NCBI RefSeq assembly: GCF_018977255.1
Contig: NW_024704742.1
Location: forward strand, 39,806,001-39,870,000
Length of the DNA: 64,000 bases
From: Callorhinchus milii
Lineage: Eukaryota
Reading direction: 5' to 3'
Shown: piece by piece, positions 51,085-64,000 of the stretch
How the letters are laid out: the number at the start of each line of letters is the position of its first letter
How positions within the stretch are numbered: the stretch's first letter is position 1
The notes under the pieces: model-generated
Told to the model about the DNA's origin: nothing
Databases searched by the model: none
The model's input: only the letters and a program-made list of their open reading frames with translations
Program-made: the position numbers and the translations under genes

Positions 51085-51808
51085 GTGAACCGCCAGGCCT
51101 GCTTCATATCCACCCCCTCCCCCCCCATTGGTGGTGCGGGTGAGGTGGCAGACATGAAACAGGCTGGAGCTGCCGAGCGGAGGGAACGGGCCGGATGGTA
51201 GGGGGTTAGGACGTTGCAGAGGTAGTGGGGAATAAGGCCATGGAGAGCTTTGAAGGTGGACCAGGATCTTGAATTGTATCTTCTGTTTGATGGGAAGCCA
51301 GTGGAGTCAGGCGAGGATGGGGGAGATAGGGTCACGGAGCCCGGTGCAGGAGAGGACACGGGCTGCAGAGTTCTGGATGATCTGCAGACTATGGAGGGAG
51401 GAGTTGGGGAGGCCGACAAGCAAGGAGTTTGCATAGTCAAGCCTTGATGTTATGAATGCATGTATGAGGGTTTCGGCGGCCTGTGGTCTGAGACAGTGGC
51501 GGAGTCGGGTGATGTTGCGGAGGTGGGGGAAGGCAGAGCGGGTCATGGCACAGATGTGGGATAGAAAGGATAGTTGAGGGCCAAACAAGATGCTAAGGTT
51601 CCGGACTGGCTTAGCAAGGTGGAGTGTGCAACATGGATGGTGACTCTGTCAGCGCCTGAAGTGTGGAGGTACTGAGGGGAGCCAATCAGGAGAGCTTCGG
51701 TCTTATTGACACTCAGCTGAAGAAAGTAAATTCTTATCCAGGACTTGATGTCTGACAGACATTCTGTCAGGACAGCAGTGGTCCTGGAGTCAAGTGTGGA
51801 GGCAAGTA
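51085..51808 (-). mobile_element. L2 LINE ORF2 fragment
   Basis: LSDIKSW..FLQLSVNKTEALLIGS; AAETLIHAFITSRLDYANSLLVGLP..LQIIQNSAAR. Confidence 0.93.
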
Positions 51809-54524
51809 GAGTGTTCATTTCATTCCGGAAATTTCCATGCTTAGGTAACATGTGGAACTCTCAGTGTGGTTTCGGTACTTTGAAGCATGGTGATGAGTTT
51901 CCACATGTTTCAGACAATGTTACACCAATGGCATGTTAGCAATTGTATGAAATTTGCACCGATAGGTAAACCCATACGAATTTTTAAATAAAAACTCACA
52001 AAATCAATGAGCTGAGTATAATTATTTCTCCTACCGAAATGAAAAAAATCCACCAGCGAGGTTAAAGCTGGAATTTTGTATTGACCCTTCAAATATTCAG
52101 TAGATATTGGGACTAATTCTAGAAATACTAGAGCTTAATCAAAACTTGTTACATGAAAACATATAATTGTTTGACTAAGATCCTTTTATTTTTTGTCCTT
52201 TTTGCATGATTCCTATTACTTTGAGAAATTATGAATTTCTCATCCAAGTTTGAGTTATTTTTTTCAAATCTTCCTGATCCTAAATCAACCAATGGAACAA
52301 TGATTTAGTAGGCTCCTCTCCAAAGAAATTAAACTTGACCCTTCAAAATAATGATTAATACCAGCATTATCCCTACAGCACCATTAAATGTGAACATGCA
52401 TGATGTATTTGGCACATAGTTCTCTTCACATCTCCACTATTTTTAAGTCTCCTTGGCGCAAGTCTCAAACAGAGCGATAGCAAAACATTTTGAGATGTCT
52501 CAACAATGTAATAAGGCACTATTCCAAATGCAAGGATATTATTACAGAGCATAAAATATTTCCCAATTGCTCAAATTTCATTGCACAGCACATTGAATAT
52601 TCCAGCAATGTAAATTAAATATTGAATACTAAATTACTTTGGATTTTGAAAGTATTTGACTCAGATTCAAAGTCGATTTCCTTGCAAACTGGTGAAAGCA
52701 TCCATCTATATGTGTGAGCCAAGACTAGCTGTGCAACTGCAACTCCATGATATTCCTTGTTTTGCCTTTAATAGGATTAGTAGAGCTTTAGAGACACGAC
52801 TCATGATGACATGATTAAAAGATTTAACGGTGTAATTGAACTGACCGAGTGCTCTTCGTTTCAAACATCCTAGTGCCAAGATGGGTTAAGCAGATGCTTG
52901 TTATTTATTAAGGAGTTAGGTGCTTAGAGCTGCTAATGCTCAGTACAGTGAAAACCTTTGGTATCTTGATAGAAAAGGAAGATTCCATCTTACAGAGATG
53001 TACAAGTTGGATTTGAAAAATAGTTGGCGTGAAGCTGGCATGCAGTTGCCAACCCACTTTAAATCAAAACTAAATGTGGCTGATATCGCACTATGAATAT
53101 CAGTATGGCAAATGGGCTTCTATCTAAAAACAACAATATTAGTAAGCATGTTGAAGAGACAAAATAAATACTTCTAGAATCTAGAAAATAACAATAATAA
53201 ACCAGTATTGGTGCATTGTTACATTGACACAGCTTCACAAGTAATTGCTGTTGAGTGTAGTGACTGTTGTTATAGCTAAGATTCTCTTGATGAAAAATAA
53301 TTCCCTTTAGCAGAATAGTATTAGCTTGAACCAAATGTGAGCGTAGCAGTCCATCATCACTGCCCTCAAAGTAGTTTTACTGCTATCTCACAGGTACTTA
53401 CAAGATAGTGTTGACAGAATGTTTCTCTATGGCAATCTCTTTATTAATTTTGAAATCTGCCTGAGATCAAATGTGACAGGATTTATAAAATAATCTTTCG
53501 GCACCATTAACAATCTCAGCCATTTAACTTCCAAGATGAAGGAAGTTGTTGTTTGAATGAAGCGGATGTGCTTCCTGGGACCTGTTGGGAACAATTGAAG
53601 CTAAATGAAACGTAAAGCATGTTTCAGCACTTACTGAAATAATCAGCATGGATAGAGGTAATGACTCAAGCGTATTACAGCTGATAAGGGATTGTGTAAT
53701 ATTTGGGAAGTCAAATTAATGTTTTCTTCTTTTAGGGTAACATATAAACTGTGCAGTTGAAGTTCACAGGAGTTTCAATGAAGTACAGATACTGGGTTTC
53801 CATTCACTTGTACCACAGGTGTATTATTCTGAATGTTTCTTTACCCTTTGCTAAAGACGGAACAATAGTAGAGATAAAGTGTGGCTTGCTCAACTGGTCA
53901 CACACAAAGGCAGGGCTGCAGACCCTGAACTGAGGCATGAAGAGCATGATTCAGCGCTGTTAAGTGTTGCTTTGGAAGTTGTGATCTCAAATTTTCTGTC
54001 ACAGCACAGATAAATATTAAAGTCCATGCTGTTTACAAACATGCCAGTGTTTTCACACATCACTTGGGGTCAATGGGGTAGGCAAATTATAAAGAATAGC
54101 TACCTTAAATAATAGATGAAAATATCTCAAACATTTGCAAATATGTCCATTGTCTTAAAGTTTAATAAAGGATAAGGTGGAAAATGTGTGTTTAATCTGG
54201 ATAATTCCTAATCCTCTTTCTCTCCTCCTTTGCAAATTAAGAATCCAATGCTTCCCAATATTTGGACATTGGCAGATAATTTGGGCATCTATAGCACTTT
54301 GATTTATTAATTGTTCCACTGGTTGGTTTGATTTATTATCCAAAGTACTGCTTTAATATTTCAATTGGGCAATGGACATCCAGCAGAAACAAAGGGCCTG
54401 TTCCCAAACCAATTACATTGCTCCAACAAATCACTTGTTCATTCTCATTCAATGGATGTCATAGGTTTATTTCCATTTTTTTTCCATTCAAGGGTTAAAA
54501 ACTGGAATTAATTCCAAAGAGCAG

Positions 54525-54900
54525 CTGAAATCTTTCACCTTTAAATCCCTCCATGGCCTTGCTCCTCTACCTCTGCCACCTATTAAACTTTTACTAACCT
54601 GTTCATCCCGTGCCCTGTCTGCTCCACCATCAGCGGTCGGGCTTTCAGCTTTTCTGCCCCCACACTTTGGGACGCCAGCCTGGAATCCCTCCACCTCATT
54701 CCCTCCCTTCCCTTCTTCAAGGCCCACCTGAAGACCTTCCTCTTCGACCATGTCTTTGGTCATCTTCCCACTCCAATCCCCCTTGCTCTCCAACCTTCTT
54801 AATCCCTACCCTCAGTTCAGGTGCAAACCCTTCACAGTTAAGCGCTTTGGGACATTCTCCCGATGTGAAAGTTGCTATATAAATGCAATTAGTTGTTGTT
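54525..54900 (+). mobile_element. L2 LINE 3' end
   Basis: TFKSLHGLAP; GGGCTTTCAGC; L2 tail with (GTT)n. Confidence 0.82.
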
Positions 54901-55102
54901 CTAGTTGTTGAATTTATATTGACTGTTGGAGCACAGGATATAAGGTGAAATAGTTTTGCAGAGGCTGTGTATATTGCAACTGTTTCTTGGAGAGCTTTGA
55001 CTGAAGTGCATACTCAAAGTTATGCTAATAGCAACATGTACACAAAGTAAAATGTTATTCCCATAAAACAAAATGTGCACTATCTGATGTGAGATATCAG
55101 AT

Positions 55103-55352
55103 CAACAACAACAATAACAAATTGCATTTATATATCACCTTTCACATTTGGAGGGCTTCCCAAGGTGCTGGACAGTCGAGGACAGCTGAGGATTGGATTT
55201 GAGAAGGGTGGGGAGATGACCAAAGGCATGGTAAAGAGGAAGGTCTTGACGAGCCTTGAAGGAGGCGATGAGAGAGACAAGGTGAAGGGACTCTGGGATG
55301 GAGTTCCAGATGGTAGGGGTTGAAAGGCTAAAAGTGCAACCACCAATGGTGG
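55103..55352 (-). mobile_element. L2 LINE 3' end
   Basis: (CAA)n followed by the reverse complement of the L2 tail. Confidence 0.8.
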
Positions 55353-56288
55353 GACATTATCCCAACTGTTGAAACTTTTTTTACATTTTGTTTCCTTGAT
55401 TATAGAAAAGTGAATGCAGTATAATACACAACAGTTTACATTGTTGTGCCAATCATGTCGGGAGCATATCCCAAAGCATATTAACACTGCTGGATGGGCG
55501 CCTGAGCTTGGCGTGGGAACCAACGGGGTGGTGGGGGGGAGGTGGAAGATGACAGTGAATACATTATTTCCAAGAGTTAATGTAAAAATATATATACTTC
55601 TGGGATAGCTGCACTCCTGCAGCACATTCCTCAATGCCACATTCTCATTGCATGACTGCATCCTGGAGCTTTGCTGGTCTTTTCCTTCCAGCCTAGATCT
55701 CTATTGACGCATATTTCGCCACCATTGCAGCATAGCCCCATTTTCCAGGCAGCAAAACAGGGTTAAAATTGTACTCTAAAACAAGGTATAAAAAGCAGAA
55801 GATAAGGCAATTATGTAATAGTAATCCCACAAATTTTCTAAATAATAAGGCTTTACGTAAACTGAAATCTGGAACTGATTAAATACAAGTATTCAAATAA
55901 AAACTTGGTTTATCACTAAAGTCCTTCAAAAATGACCAGCACTCTTTTTAAAATTTCACAAAGCAAATTCGTAAAACTAAAATTGATGCCACAAATAATC
56001 ATTCAGTATGGTTTCTATATACATGCTTACCCAGAAAAAACAACTCTATCACAGTTGCAAACAACTCAGGCCAAGTCCTATTCATTTATATAGTGCATAA
56101 AAGCTATTTATTACCTCTTAAACTTAGGAACTCACTTAAATATCACTTAAATAAACTTAGTTTCTAGTATGTGAACTGAATATTGGTATATGCCTTGTGT
56201 TTTTCAATGACTCACTTAAAATTTAACACAATAAACATTATTTGAAAAAATACTAATTAAAGGGAAAGTATATATTCTGAACTGTTTC

Positions 56289-56536
56289 ATAATAATAATA
56301 ATCCTTGCATTTGATATAGCGTTTTTCACGTCTTCTAGATGTCTCAAAGAGCTGCACAGAATATATGTAAAGTGAACTGATAGTATATTTGTGTGTGAAA
56401 CATGACAGCCAATTGTGCACAGCAATGCCCCACAAACAGACGTGGATTGAAGTGACCAATTTATTCTTGTTTTTTTTTCTTGAGGGATTATTATCAGGCG
56501 TGCGGAGAAATGAAACTTGCATAAGGTTTCACCCTT
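56289..56536 (-). mobile_element. 5'-truncated tRNA-SINE
   Basis: Same variant as 38161-38410. Confidence 0.88.
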
Positions 56537-56750
56537 CATAATTCCTTGGTATCATAAAAGAAAACAATGCCACCCTGTCTGGCAAGCATGTGTTATTCTC
56601 TGCTCATTTTGGTGAAATGGCCAAACCTGGTGTGTGCTTATAAAGGGATTTCCTATTGTAAGCAAACCGCCAAAAGCCAGGACATTTGCTGACACGGAGA
56701 AAATAGCCTCCAAACTTGTGGAGTGGACACAAGTAGAATGTTAGTTTTTT

Positions 56751-56751
56751 N
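56751..56751. other. Single N (ambiguous base or assembly join)
   Basis: Seen directly. Confidence 0.95.
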
Positions 56752-57599
56752 ACAGAACTAAAGAAATGTGTTACTTGGAAGTGGGTTAAACACTTAGGTG
56801 CCAGTGTTACTTCTGTGGTTAGATTTAATAATCCATTGAAGACAAATATAACAATTGATAGCTATGTGACTCTGGAGCTATGGGGAGGATTAAGTGGCCA
56901 AAAGAATTAGAGAATAAAATAATGGAGGGAAAATGCATTTTTCACACCATTTTAAGAGAGTTGCAAAGAAAGTGCATCCCTCTGGAGTAAAGGGAAGAAT
57001 TCAGACACCACGGCTACAGTAGACTTTACAAACTAAAGTAGATCTGTCTATTTTGCCCACAGTTTACAGTTTAGGTTCGAGACTTCCTCCTGACGTGAAA
57101 GGCTCTGTACCAATGTAAGGGTTATTATTAATAAAGATGGGAAAATTAACTTAAACGTCAACTGGAAATGATTCCTAAGGTAAAGGGAAAGAAAAGATAG
57201 GGGAAACTTGGAGTCATATAATAGGTATTTAGCTGTTTTTAAGAAACTCAGAAGGCAACATAAAAGCAGATAGCATAAACCAGCAAGCAAAATGCGTAGA
57301 GACATTGTCAGCAGTAGATGGCACGTTAAAGACCAGACACATTCTTCATAGGATAAGTTAAGGTTCTGTATGTGAAAGAACACTGGAGATGCCAGATGTG
57401 TCATAGATTTTTCACATCATTTTTCAAAAATGAGGATTGTGGTCAAATTCCAGACCCAGTTATTTCGGCTCAGGAATCTTTCACACAAGTAGATATAGTA
57501 GTAAAGGGTGTTGCAGAATGTTTGCAGAATAGAAAGAGACTATTAGGCCATGTCTGGTCTGGTGTTAGTTCCTACACTGAAGCGATCTATGTGTTAAAC

Positions 57600-57915
57600 T
57601 TACTCAGTTGATAGCAATGTCGCCTCTGGTTGTGGGTTCAAGCTCCACATTGGGACTTTGAATTCATATTGCAGCCTGACACTCCAGTACAATGCTGAGG
57701 GTCTAGTGGTTTGGATCAAACTGTTCAGTTGTTACTGTTGGTGAAGAGAGTTTCTCCTTGTGTCCTAGGCAACAATCTCCCAGAGAAAATTGGTCATTCG
57801 CTTCATGGCCATTTGTGAGATATTATTGTACGCAAATTGGCTGCCACGTTCACGGCTTAGTCACTACAGTTTGAGTTGCCTCAATGATGTGCTTTATCAA
57901 TGCAAACGATTATTG
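57600..57915 (+). mobile_element. Old Deu-domain SINE
   Basis: GGGTTCAAGCTCCACATTGGGAC..CTGACACTCCAG..GTCCTAGGCAAC..AAATTGGCTGCCACG. Confidence 0.75.
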
Positions 57916-58252
57916 TAAATTTCGGGCCTCCAGAGCTCAACAAAGTGACCATGACGCTTTGAATAGACTCTTGTTAATGAATAGTTGCGATACCAATGCT
58001 GTACTGAAGGGGGCGATCCAGCTACAGAAACCAGTTTCCAAAGACTTCAGCTTGTAACAAGACCGAGTTATACTCAAAATGTACAATAAAACCATTCATT
58101 ATTCAAGTGCAGAAATTAATTGCAGAGGTTGTTACACATCAGTAGCAGCATCTATTAATCATCCAATATGTGTTATTAATAGTGTCCCCTGTTACTGTCC
58201 TTTCCTGAAATTATGATTGTGACATTTATTAAATCAACATTGTGCCTCATTG

Positions 58253-58383
58253 GGTAAGACCTTGTCTCAGTATTTGTAAAGGTAAGATTGTTTTAGTGTC
58301 TGTGTAGGTAAGACTTGTCTAACTCTCTGTTCAGGCAAGACTTTGTTTTAAAGAACTCTTTTACGTAACACTTTGCCTTACAG
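58253..58383. repeat. Degenerate ~27-bp minisatellite, about 5 units
   Basis: Units begin GGTAAGACCTTGTCT, GGTAAGATTGTTT, GGTAAGACTTGTCT, GGCAAGACTTTGTTT, CGTAACACTTTGCCT. Confidence 0.7.
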
Positions 58384-59220
58384 TTTATATTGGCACCACT
58401 TGTTTTGTTGCTGCTAAATAAAAGAGCTGGAAGCTATCCACAATTTCTTGAAGTGGAGCTTTTCAAACCTCCTTCTCAATAGTACATATGCTATTCAGAG
58501 AGTAAAATGTGACTGGAGTGTGTTACTCCATTAGGTAATCTGAGAGTTGTGGTGATGCCTTGACTGGGAAAGTAAGAAATATTCATCCCTCACAACTTCA
58601 ACAACAACAATAATTTACATTTATATTGCGTCTTTCACTTCAGGAGAACATCTCAAAGCACTTCAAACAAGTAATAAGGAGCCCAAACTTTTATAATTCA
58701 TTTTCAGATCCTTATGGTTCAATTCCAGGTGGACATAGGAACAATTTACAACCACAAGATCAGTTTGAATGAAGTAGTCCTTTGGAACATCTGATTTCAG
58801 AATATCTGTCCCCTCACAGGTCATGATCACTTAAATGAAGAAGCAGTCACCCCTATTCTGGTGCCTAAGAATAACCACATAATAATCAATAATAATTCTG
58901 GTGGCTGAGAATAATCAAGAAATCAGGTTTCACATTTCAAGGCGGAAAGAGAGGCTTCCGCAGGAGATTAAAATGTGTTGTTCATCATGCAACAGAATGG
59001 GACAGTTTGAATTGAAGATTTAACATGGGAGTTTCCCCGGGAAGTGATGCTGATGTTAAATTTGATGTTGAGAGGATTGAACTCCTCTTTAAAATGAAAG
59101 TCCTTTTCACAAAATTGTGATATTTGTTTACTAAGAAATAACATTTGTTATCTTCCCTGGTTCTAGACTGACTGGTTCGAGTTTTGATTTAGGATTTTGC
59201 TTTGTTACAAGTTATATTAA

Positions 59221-59595
59221 AGTCATGTAGCTCAGTGGTGTGGAGTCCTGGAGCTTAGTGGTTAGAACACTCGCTTCACAAACGAGAAACCTGGGTTTGA
59301 TTCCTGTGCGTTGGGCAAGTTTCCTTACTCCAAATGCCTCTGATTACCTAGCAGTAAGTAGGAATCCAGTTGTTAGACGATTGACGGATCGCTTTTCCGC
59401 GTGTAATAATTCCTTAAAATAATCATAAAATTGGTCACTCAATCCACAACTATTTGTAGGACACTGCTGTACGTAAATGGCTGCCGCATTGCGCATGCAA
59501 AATATTTACTTTGCAGTATATTTTGTGAAGCGCTTTGGGATGTCTCGAAGAAGTGATAAGCTGCTATTTCAAATGCAAGATTATTATTATTATTT
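59221..59595 (+). mobile_element. Full-length tRNA-SINE with duplicated 5' head start
   Basis: AGTCATGTAGCTCAGTGGT followed by GGAGTCCTGGAGCTTAGTGGT; family body and ATT tail. Confidence 0.88.
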
Positions 59596-59689
59596 TTAGG
59601 TGAACTGTAGTGTAGGAATAGGGCAAAGAGGAGAGTTGGGAGAGAGGTTGAAAGATGCATTCTGTAACTCAAGATAGATTCTGAAGGAT

Positions 59690-60016
59690 TGGAGTCCTGT
59701 AGCTCAGTGGTTGGAGCACTCGCCTCTCAAGCGAGAGACCTGGGTTTGATTTCCAGCAGGGTGAAATTTTTGGCAAGTTTCCTTACTCCAGACACATGCC
59801 TCTGTTTACCTAGCAGTAAGTAGGAACCCAGTTGCTAGTCGATTGTCAAATCGCTTTCCTGGGGGTAATAATTCCTTCAAAAAAAATACTAATAATAAGG
59901 CGGTGTTTCATCCACAAAATACACAATCAATTGACTTTACAGTATATTCTGTGAAACGCTTTGAGACGTCTTGAACATGTGATAAGGCGCTATATCAAAT
60001 GCAAGGATTATTATTC
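59690..60016 (+). mobile_element. tRNA-SINE with internal deletion
   Basis: Intact head and tail; lacks the TGTTTGTGG..AATTGGCTG block. Confidence 0.88.
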
Positions 60017-60263
60017 AACATTTGCCAGATGACAGCAATCTGGATCTTACTGTAAACTCACCACAGAATGCTTGTAAAATATTCACAGTGAACACAGATG
60101 CTGAATACACCAATTAGAGCTTCATATCTTATATAGTCATAAAATGCAGGTCATTGTGCCAACACAAAGCTAAAAGATGAATAATATAACCCATTGACTG
60201 GGTTGATTCTATTCATACTTTTCATGGGAAATTTACTTTTAAAAGGAAAACCATTTGTGATCT

Positions 60264-60619
60264 TGGGTGAAAAATGCAGCATTTGATGTGACAATGAAGA
60301 CACTGACAAAAATTGGGAATTTTTGACTGGTCATTACTGTGTACCTCTTCTCCTATCCGCCCCTCCCGAATTCAACACAGCGCAGAAGCCAACCCAAGCC
60401 TTTCCTCTACTAGCCCTGGAGGTACCACACAAATGTGTGTTTAAAGGTGTAAACAGTGGTTACCGGAGCCTTTAGACTCAACCATAATGTTGAAGTTGGG
60501 GGGAGGGTCACACCTGCGATATAATCATGAAACAGTTGAACAGTCCGTAACTATTAACTGGCCTGACTGCAATTTGGGGCAATGTGATAATTATCACATC
60601 AAGCAATTTTTAATCCCCA
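60264..60619. mobile_element. Putative MITE / non-autonomous DNA element
   Basis: TGGGTGAAAAATGC..TTGATGTGACAAT versus AATTATCACATCAAGCAATTTTTAATCCCCA form imperfect inverted ends. Confidence 0.5.
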
Positions 60620-62224
60620 TGTATGCTTTTATGTTATGCTACGTATAACCAACCTAGTTTGTTACAATTAGCCTGTACTTTTTCATCAATTGTTACAATT
60701 ACTGAAAAAAACTAAGACAATTGTACTTTAATGTTCACAACACGTGTGAAGTTTTAAAAAGTCGAAAGGAAAATTAAATATTCACTAAAAATGTAAGATA
60801 TGTCACTGCATTTCATGTCAGTTCTCATGCTGTTTTTATCAGTCACTTCTGTTTTGAAAAGAATAAATCTTGTTGCATGAATACTTCAAACTGCCCATAG
60901 ATTTACTGTTTGTTTTTAATTTTGTTGGAATGAAACATATGATTAGGACTTCATGCAATTTTTTGTTTGTCAACCTTGTTTGAATAACAACAGCAACAAT
61001 TGCATTTTTATAGAGGCTGTCATGTCGGAAGGATGTCCAAAGGTGCTGGACAGTCAAATGTTTCTACCTGAATGTTGAGAAGATGGGGAAAAGCTGAACA
61101 GATCAAGGCATGGATATGTGGTCTAAAGGGAAATAAAAGCAAAAGTTAATTATATTCCCTGTAAATTCCTTTTTGTGTTCATGCAACAGTTTGAAGAATC
61201 TTAACTTCCCCAATCTCTCATTGCTCAGTGTAAAAGCAGAACACAATCAACCTGTTCACCACTACCAGTTCTAAGCATGCTGATATCCCATCAATGAGAA
61301 GCATTTTCAGAGTATAGAAAAAATGCTGTTACAACTTTAAGGGCTAACTAAACAATAAATTATACTGCATACCTGTTGCTATGAAATCTTCCACCTTCAT
61401 CAGCCATTAGGGGCTAGGATTCTTTCCATTTGGCTCCTGTTAGCAGTGCAATGAATGTCTTAATGAGGAGGTTGATGGGAAGCTAGCCAGACAGTGCTCA
61501 CAATGGGTTTTAGCTTGTTAAATTCCCAATGCACACTGTGGGGTCCCAAAGTTGGCTCTTGTTAACCTGTGCCTAACACTTTCTGGAATTAGGTAAGCAG
61601 GGTGCATCCGGCCAGGGAGAGTATGCACTCCATCCCAGACACAGGGAAATTTCTATGGATATATGGAACTCTCAATCTGGTTTGGACATTCATAAGGATG
61701 CCAACGGTTTTTGCATTGTCAGACACCCGGGTGAGAAAAAATACTTTAATTCTTAAGATGTAGGCAAATGCTGGGAAGTAGCAAGTAAGAAGTTCTAAAA
61801 CTGTTTTTACCATACACCATGACTCTGAAATAGACAGTGTTACAATAATTAATCTTCCACAGACACTGCTAGTATTATCATTGTAATATTCACCTTAATG
61901 TTGCTTTCGATGTCGTGCTTATACCCTATATAGAAACAGAAAAAGTCCATTCATCCCATCCATGCTATTCCATTAATTTATTAAATCATGGTAGAACTGT
62001 TAATCCCATTTCACTGCCTTTTTCTCAATACCATTTGCCTACAAAATATACAGTTACCACACTTTACAGTAAATCCTATGAATCGCTTTGAGATGCCCCC
62101 TAATGTGGAAGGCATTGTAACAAATGTGAAGATTATTTACTTTAGTTATACACCTATTAATATCCTTACTTCCCAAGTACCTACCAATCGATCTCTCTTT
62201 TAAACGTCTCATTAGGGTTATGCC

Positions 62225-62830
62225 TGTATGGCCTTCTATAAAACCACAGATTTTTACAGCACAAAAGTAGCTATTTAGCCCATCACATCTATGTCGGTTC
62301 CCTCAAGAGCAATCCTTCAGTACCATTTACCTTTTCTTTTCCCATGCCCCTGTAGCTAATACTTTTTAATAATAATCCCTCCAAAGAACAAAAACAATAA
62401 TAAATTTGTCATTTTCAATCCATGACTGTTTGTGGGACATTGCTGTGCGCAATTGGCTGCCGCGTTCACCCACAAATATACAGTCAATTCACTTACAGTA
62501 TATTCTGTGAAGCGCTTTGGGACGTCTAGAAGACTTGAATGCAAGGATTATTATTATTAATGAATTTGTCTAGAAGGCCAATATGGATTCTGCCTCAACC
62601 AATGCTCCCGGCAGGGCATTCCATATCATAACTACCATGTATATGAAAAACTTCTCCTAACCTCCCCACTTGCTCATTTACTAATTATCTTAAATTGATG
62701 CCCTCTAGTTTCTGACTCACTGACCAGTGGAAATAATTTCTCCCTGTTGACTCTATCAAAACCCCTCATAATTTAAAGATCTCTACCAGGTTATTCCTCA
62801 ACCGTCTTTGCTCCAGGGGAAAAAGATCCA
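62225..62830 (-). mobile_element. CR1 LINE 3' fragment interrupted by a plus-strand SINE (about 62360-62559)
   Basis: Reverse complement of CR1 3' sequence on both sides of a SINE 3' half. Confidence 0.8.
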
Positions 62831-63754
62831 GTTCCATCAGTATCCATCTGAGGCATGTATTCTATGTTACTACTTCCAGTGTAAAGAAATATTTTCTGAT
62901 CTCAATTACAAACCATTTTGTTCTAATATCTACAGTATAGGATGCAGGGCGTGAATGACCAGTGAGCAGAAAAATATATTTTTACAAAAGCTGTCCTTTA
63001 TGAACATGCAAAAGAACAAACGAATGAGCAAGGAATGAAAAAAGGTCATCAAGCTCATTCCTTCCAAAGATCACGCAAAATCGATCTTAATTATTTCACC
63101 CCACACAGCACATATCCGTGGAAATCATTACAACCTCTCCCAGAACTCCAAAGGCAATCAAGCAAAAAGAGTTGAACATTCATTCATTCCCACTTGTTAG
63201 CCTACAAAATATACAGTCACTATATTTTATATTAAATCCCCTGAAGTGCTTTGAAACATCCTCCTGACATGAAAGATGTTAGATCAATTGAAAACATTAT
63301 TATTCAACCCCAACCTCTTTCCCTTCACACAGCATTCTCACAAGCCTTTCTTTAGCTTTTAAAAGTTAAGATTCATAAGGTATAGGATCTGTATGGCATA
63401 AGCTTAGCCTTAAAGTTCTTGAAAGCATGACCAGCAATAGAGAAAGAGCTTTGGACAAATTTTGAAACCATAAAATACAAAGGGTTAAGGGTTAAGGCAG
63501 GACAAGAGGAACCCTTTCACAGAGTCAGCAGACAAATGATAGACCAAATGTCTTCTTTCTGTGCAATACAATCTATGATTTAAGATAGAAAGTATAAACA
63601 TATAACAATAAGAATAATAATCATCATCTTTGAAATTTGAAACAGCACCTCATCATGTCATTGAGGTGCCTTTAAAGTGGTTCGCGGGATTTACTGTAAA
63701 GTGACTGTATTTTGTAGTTGAATATGCAAGAAATGGTGCAAAATAATCTAACTT

Positions 63755-64000
63755 GGCAACGACCAATGGCTCAATGGGTAGATTATGACTTGAAACCACA
63801 AAGAGCAGGAGACTACCAGGGTTGGGTTCCAATCCATATTGATTTGGCTGACCTCATCTGGAATGGCAGATGGAAGCACTACAAATTGACTTTAGGGTCT
63901 GTTTCTGATCTCTATTCAGTGACTCCTGTTAAAAAGATGTCTTAGCTACATCAGGTAAGGTTTGCGTTATTTAACTGTGATGTTTCTTTCAACCCTCCAC
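63755..64000 (+). mobile_element. Very old SINE-like repeat
   Basis: A-box-like TGGCTCAATGGG, B-box-like GGTTCCAATCC; motifs shared with 44100-44395. Confidence 0.35.

Noticed and set aside
1..64000. CRISPR arrays, operons or other prokaryotic systems
   Set aside because: The sequence is vertebrate repeat-rich DNA; recurring motifs are dispersed SINE copies, not regularly spaced repeats with unique spacers

Overview
This is AT-rich, repeat-dense eukaryotic (vertebrate) DNA. I can support no host protein-coding gene and no prokaryotic features (no operons, rRNA or CRISPR). The repeat content suggests a cartilaginous fish, probably a chimaera or elephant-shark relative; this is inference, not a database result. 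It consists of tRNA-derived SINEs with a Deu-SINE-like 3' part and an L2-type tail, older Deu-SINE copies, and decayed L2 and CR1 LINE fragments. The ORFs in the supplied track that I can recognise are LINE or SINE relics; the rest look like chance ORFs. Best-supported observations: (1) a 745-bp solo LTR with a TAGA target-site duplication (TSD) inside a SINE head; (2) a second LTR-element relic with a CpG-decayed tRNA-Lys(UUU) primer-binding site (PBS) followed by a coiled-coil Gag-like frame; (3) a hAT-type element carrying nested SINE and CR1 insertions; (4) an apparent ~1.3-kb inversion splitting one L2 copy; (5) a 30-bp L2-tail micro-insertion in CR1 ORF2; (6) a speculative three-exon minus-strand transcript with a 31-codon ORF. 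I found no convincing new biological system. Repeat boundaries were read by eye and are approximate unless a TSD is quoted.
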